Shown in pieces: positions 62,983 through 64,000 of a stretch of 64,000 bases of DNA; the first letter of the stretch is position 1, and each line of letters opens with the position of its first letter. This stretch comes from Eledone cirrhosa (taxonomy: Eukaryota): the NCBI GenBank assembly GCA_964016885.1, contig OZ024742.1, positions 229,896,001 through 229,960,000 on the forward strand. Direction: 5' to 3'. The translations under genes and the position numbers were made by a program. The notes under the pieces were generated by a model. That model saw nothing but the letters and a program-made list of their open reading frames with translations, did no database searches and was not told the DNA's origin.

Positions 62983-63178
62983 GTAATTGTTTCTACTTTC
63001 TAGCACAAGACCAGTAATTATCCCAGTGCATTACTGGTACTTTATCTTATCGACCCCATAAGGATGAAAGGCAAAGTTAACCTTGGCGGGGTTGAACTCA
63101 GATAGTAAAGGGCCGTAACTCGATGATGCAAAGCATGGCGTCCGACCCTCTACTGATACTCACAATCCACCGCACTCT
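62983..63178 (-). mobile_element. tRNA-derived SINE with 11-bp TSD
   Basis: Reverse complement of the SINE type at 12371 and 59038. TSD tggtttctaat at 62972-62982 and 63179-63189. Confidence 0.8.
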
Positions 63179-64000
63179 TGGTTTCTAATATAATGACAGC
63201 ATTTTTAAAGGAGGTGTTGTAACGATTATATCGACTAATATACGGAAGGATGAATAGAATGTTGATCTCGGTGGGAATTGAACTGAGAACGTAAATGGCA
63301 GTCAGCTGTAATGATAGCTGTTTGTATTTAGAAACGTACGTTTTTTCACATCTCGTGTTATAATTGTGAAACTATGCCGTCCATATAGTATCATACTTTC
63401 ATTTATCTCTGCAAATCAAACTATTCTAATAGATATGTTTCTTCAATATATATTTCTATTTCATGTATTCTTCGATATCTTTGCTATATTATATACAATT
63501 CTCGAGGATATCCCATTTTAATAAGGAAGCCAGCGTGAATATAATATTTAAATACAAATATGAAAATAATTCTCAAAGCCTCGATTTATATTAAGATTAC
63601 GTTAATAAAACATACATAGAGGATATTAGGTTTGTATCGTTCCAAGATGTTCAAGATAAAGCAGATTTGTAGTGTAGATACACTTTCAACACAAGAAAGA
63701 ATCTTTATGGGTTGATTCAGATAAAAGCCAAAGCACTGCATTAGTAAAGCTTCATAGTTTTACACCTTCCACACAGGGCCACGCATAAGAAAGCAAATAT
63801 ATAAGTAAATGGTATGTTAGGCATAAAGAAATAATTTTCAGACAGTAAGCAACCACACACTTGTCTTATATCCAGGATAACATTATTAGTTGGGTGTTTT
63901 ATTGTAGACAGTGGAAATATAATTGATACATTCACATTCATGAGTGGGGAACCTATTGGTTAGCAATTTCAGATATCTCACTTGACCGAAGCAACAAGTC

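Noticed and set aside
59160-64000. Host gene exons (ORFs at 59588, 61190, 61706, 62337, 63741)
   Set aside because: Short, no recognisable domain and no convincing exon chain; cannot be supported without transcript or homology data.

Overview
Eukaryotic, AT- and microsatellite-rich, apparently gene-free window. The repeat content resembles an invertebrate, probably cephalopod-like genome (inference). About 59 kb is one retrotransposon array built on (ATT)n microsatellites with strict class-specific polarity. Six L1/Tx1-type elements (ORF1 with CCHC knuckle; ORF2 APE-RT) all lie on +, one with both ORFs intact (21923-27952). Eight R4/Dong-type copies or fragments (RT plus restriction-like endonuclease) all lie on -. 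An ~8.9 kb insert splitting one Dong copy holds SINEs, a Naiad-like Penelope element with 746-bp inverted pLTRs each carrying a type I hammerhead, and a 3.1x ~559-bp hammerhead-containing retrozyme-like tandem array. More inverted-pLTR/hammerhead remnants lie at ~60-61 kb. Most notable unexplained signals: (1) every Tx1 copy has a G|GTAAGT splice donor at the end of ORF1 and most have a strong acceptor in the 3' UTR, so ORF2 may sit wholly inside an intron; (2) two unrelated LINE clades share one microsatellite target in opposite orientations; (3) the Dong family has a long 5' leader whose start resembles Tx1 5' ends; (4) the hammerhead array sits beside a candidate autonomous PLE partner. All structures and alignments were read by eye; nothing was computed or searched.
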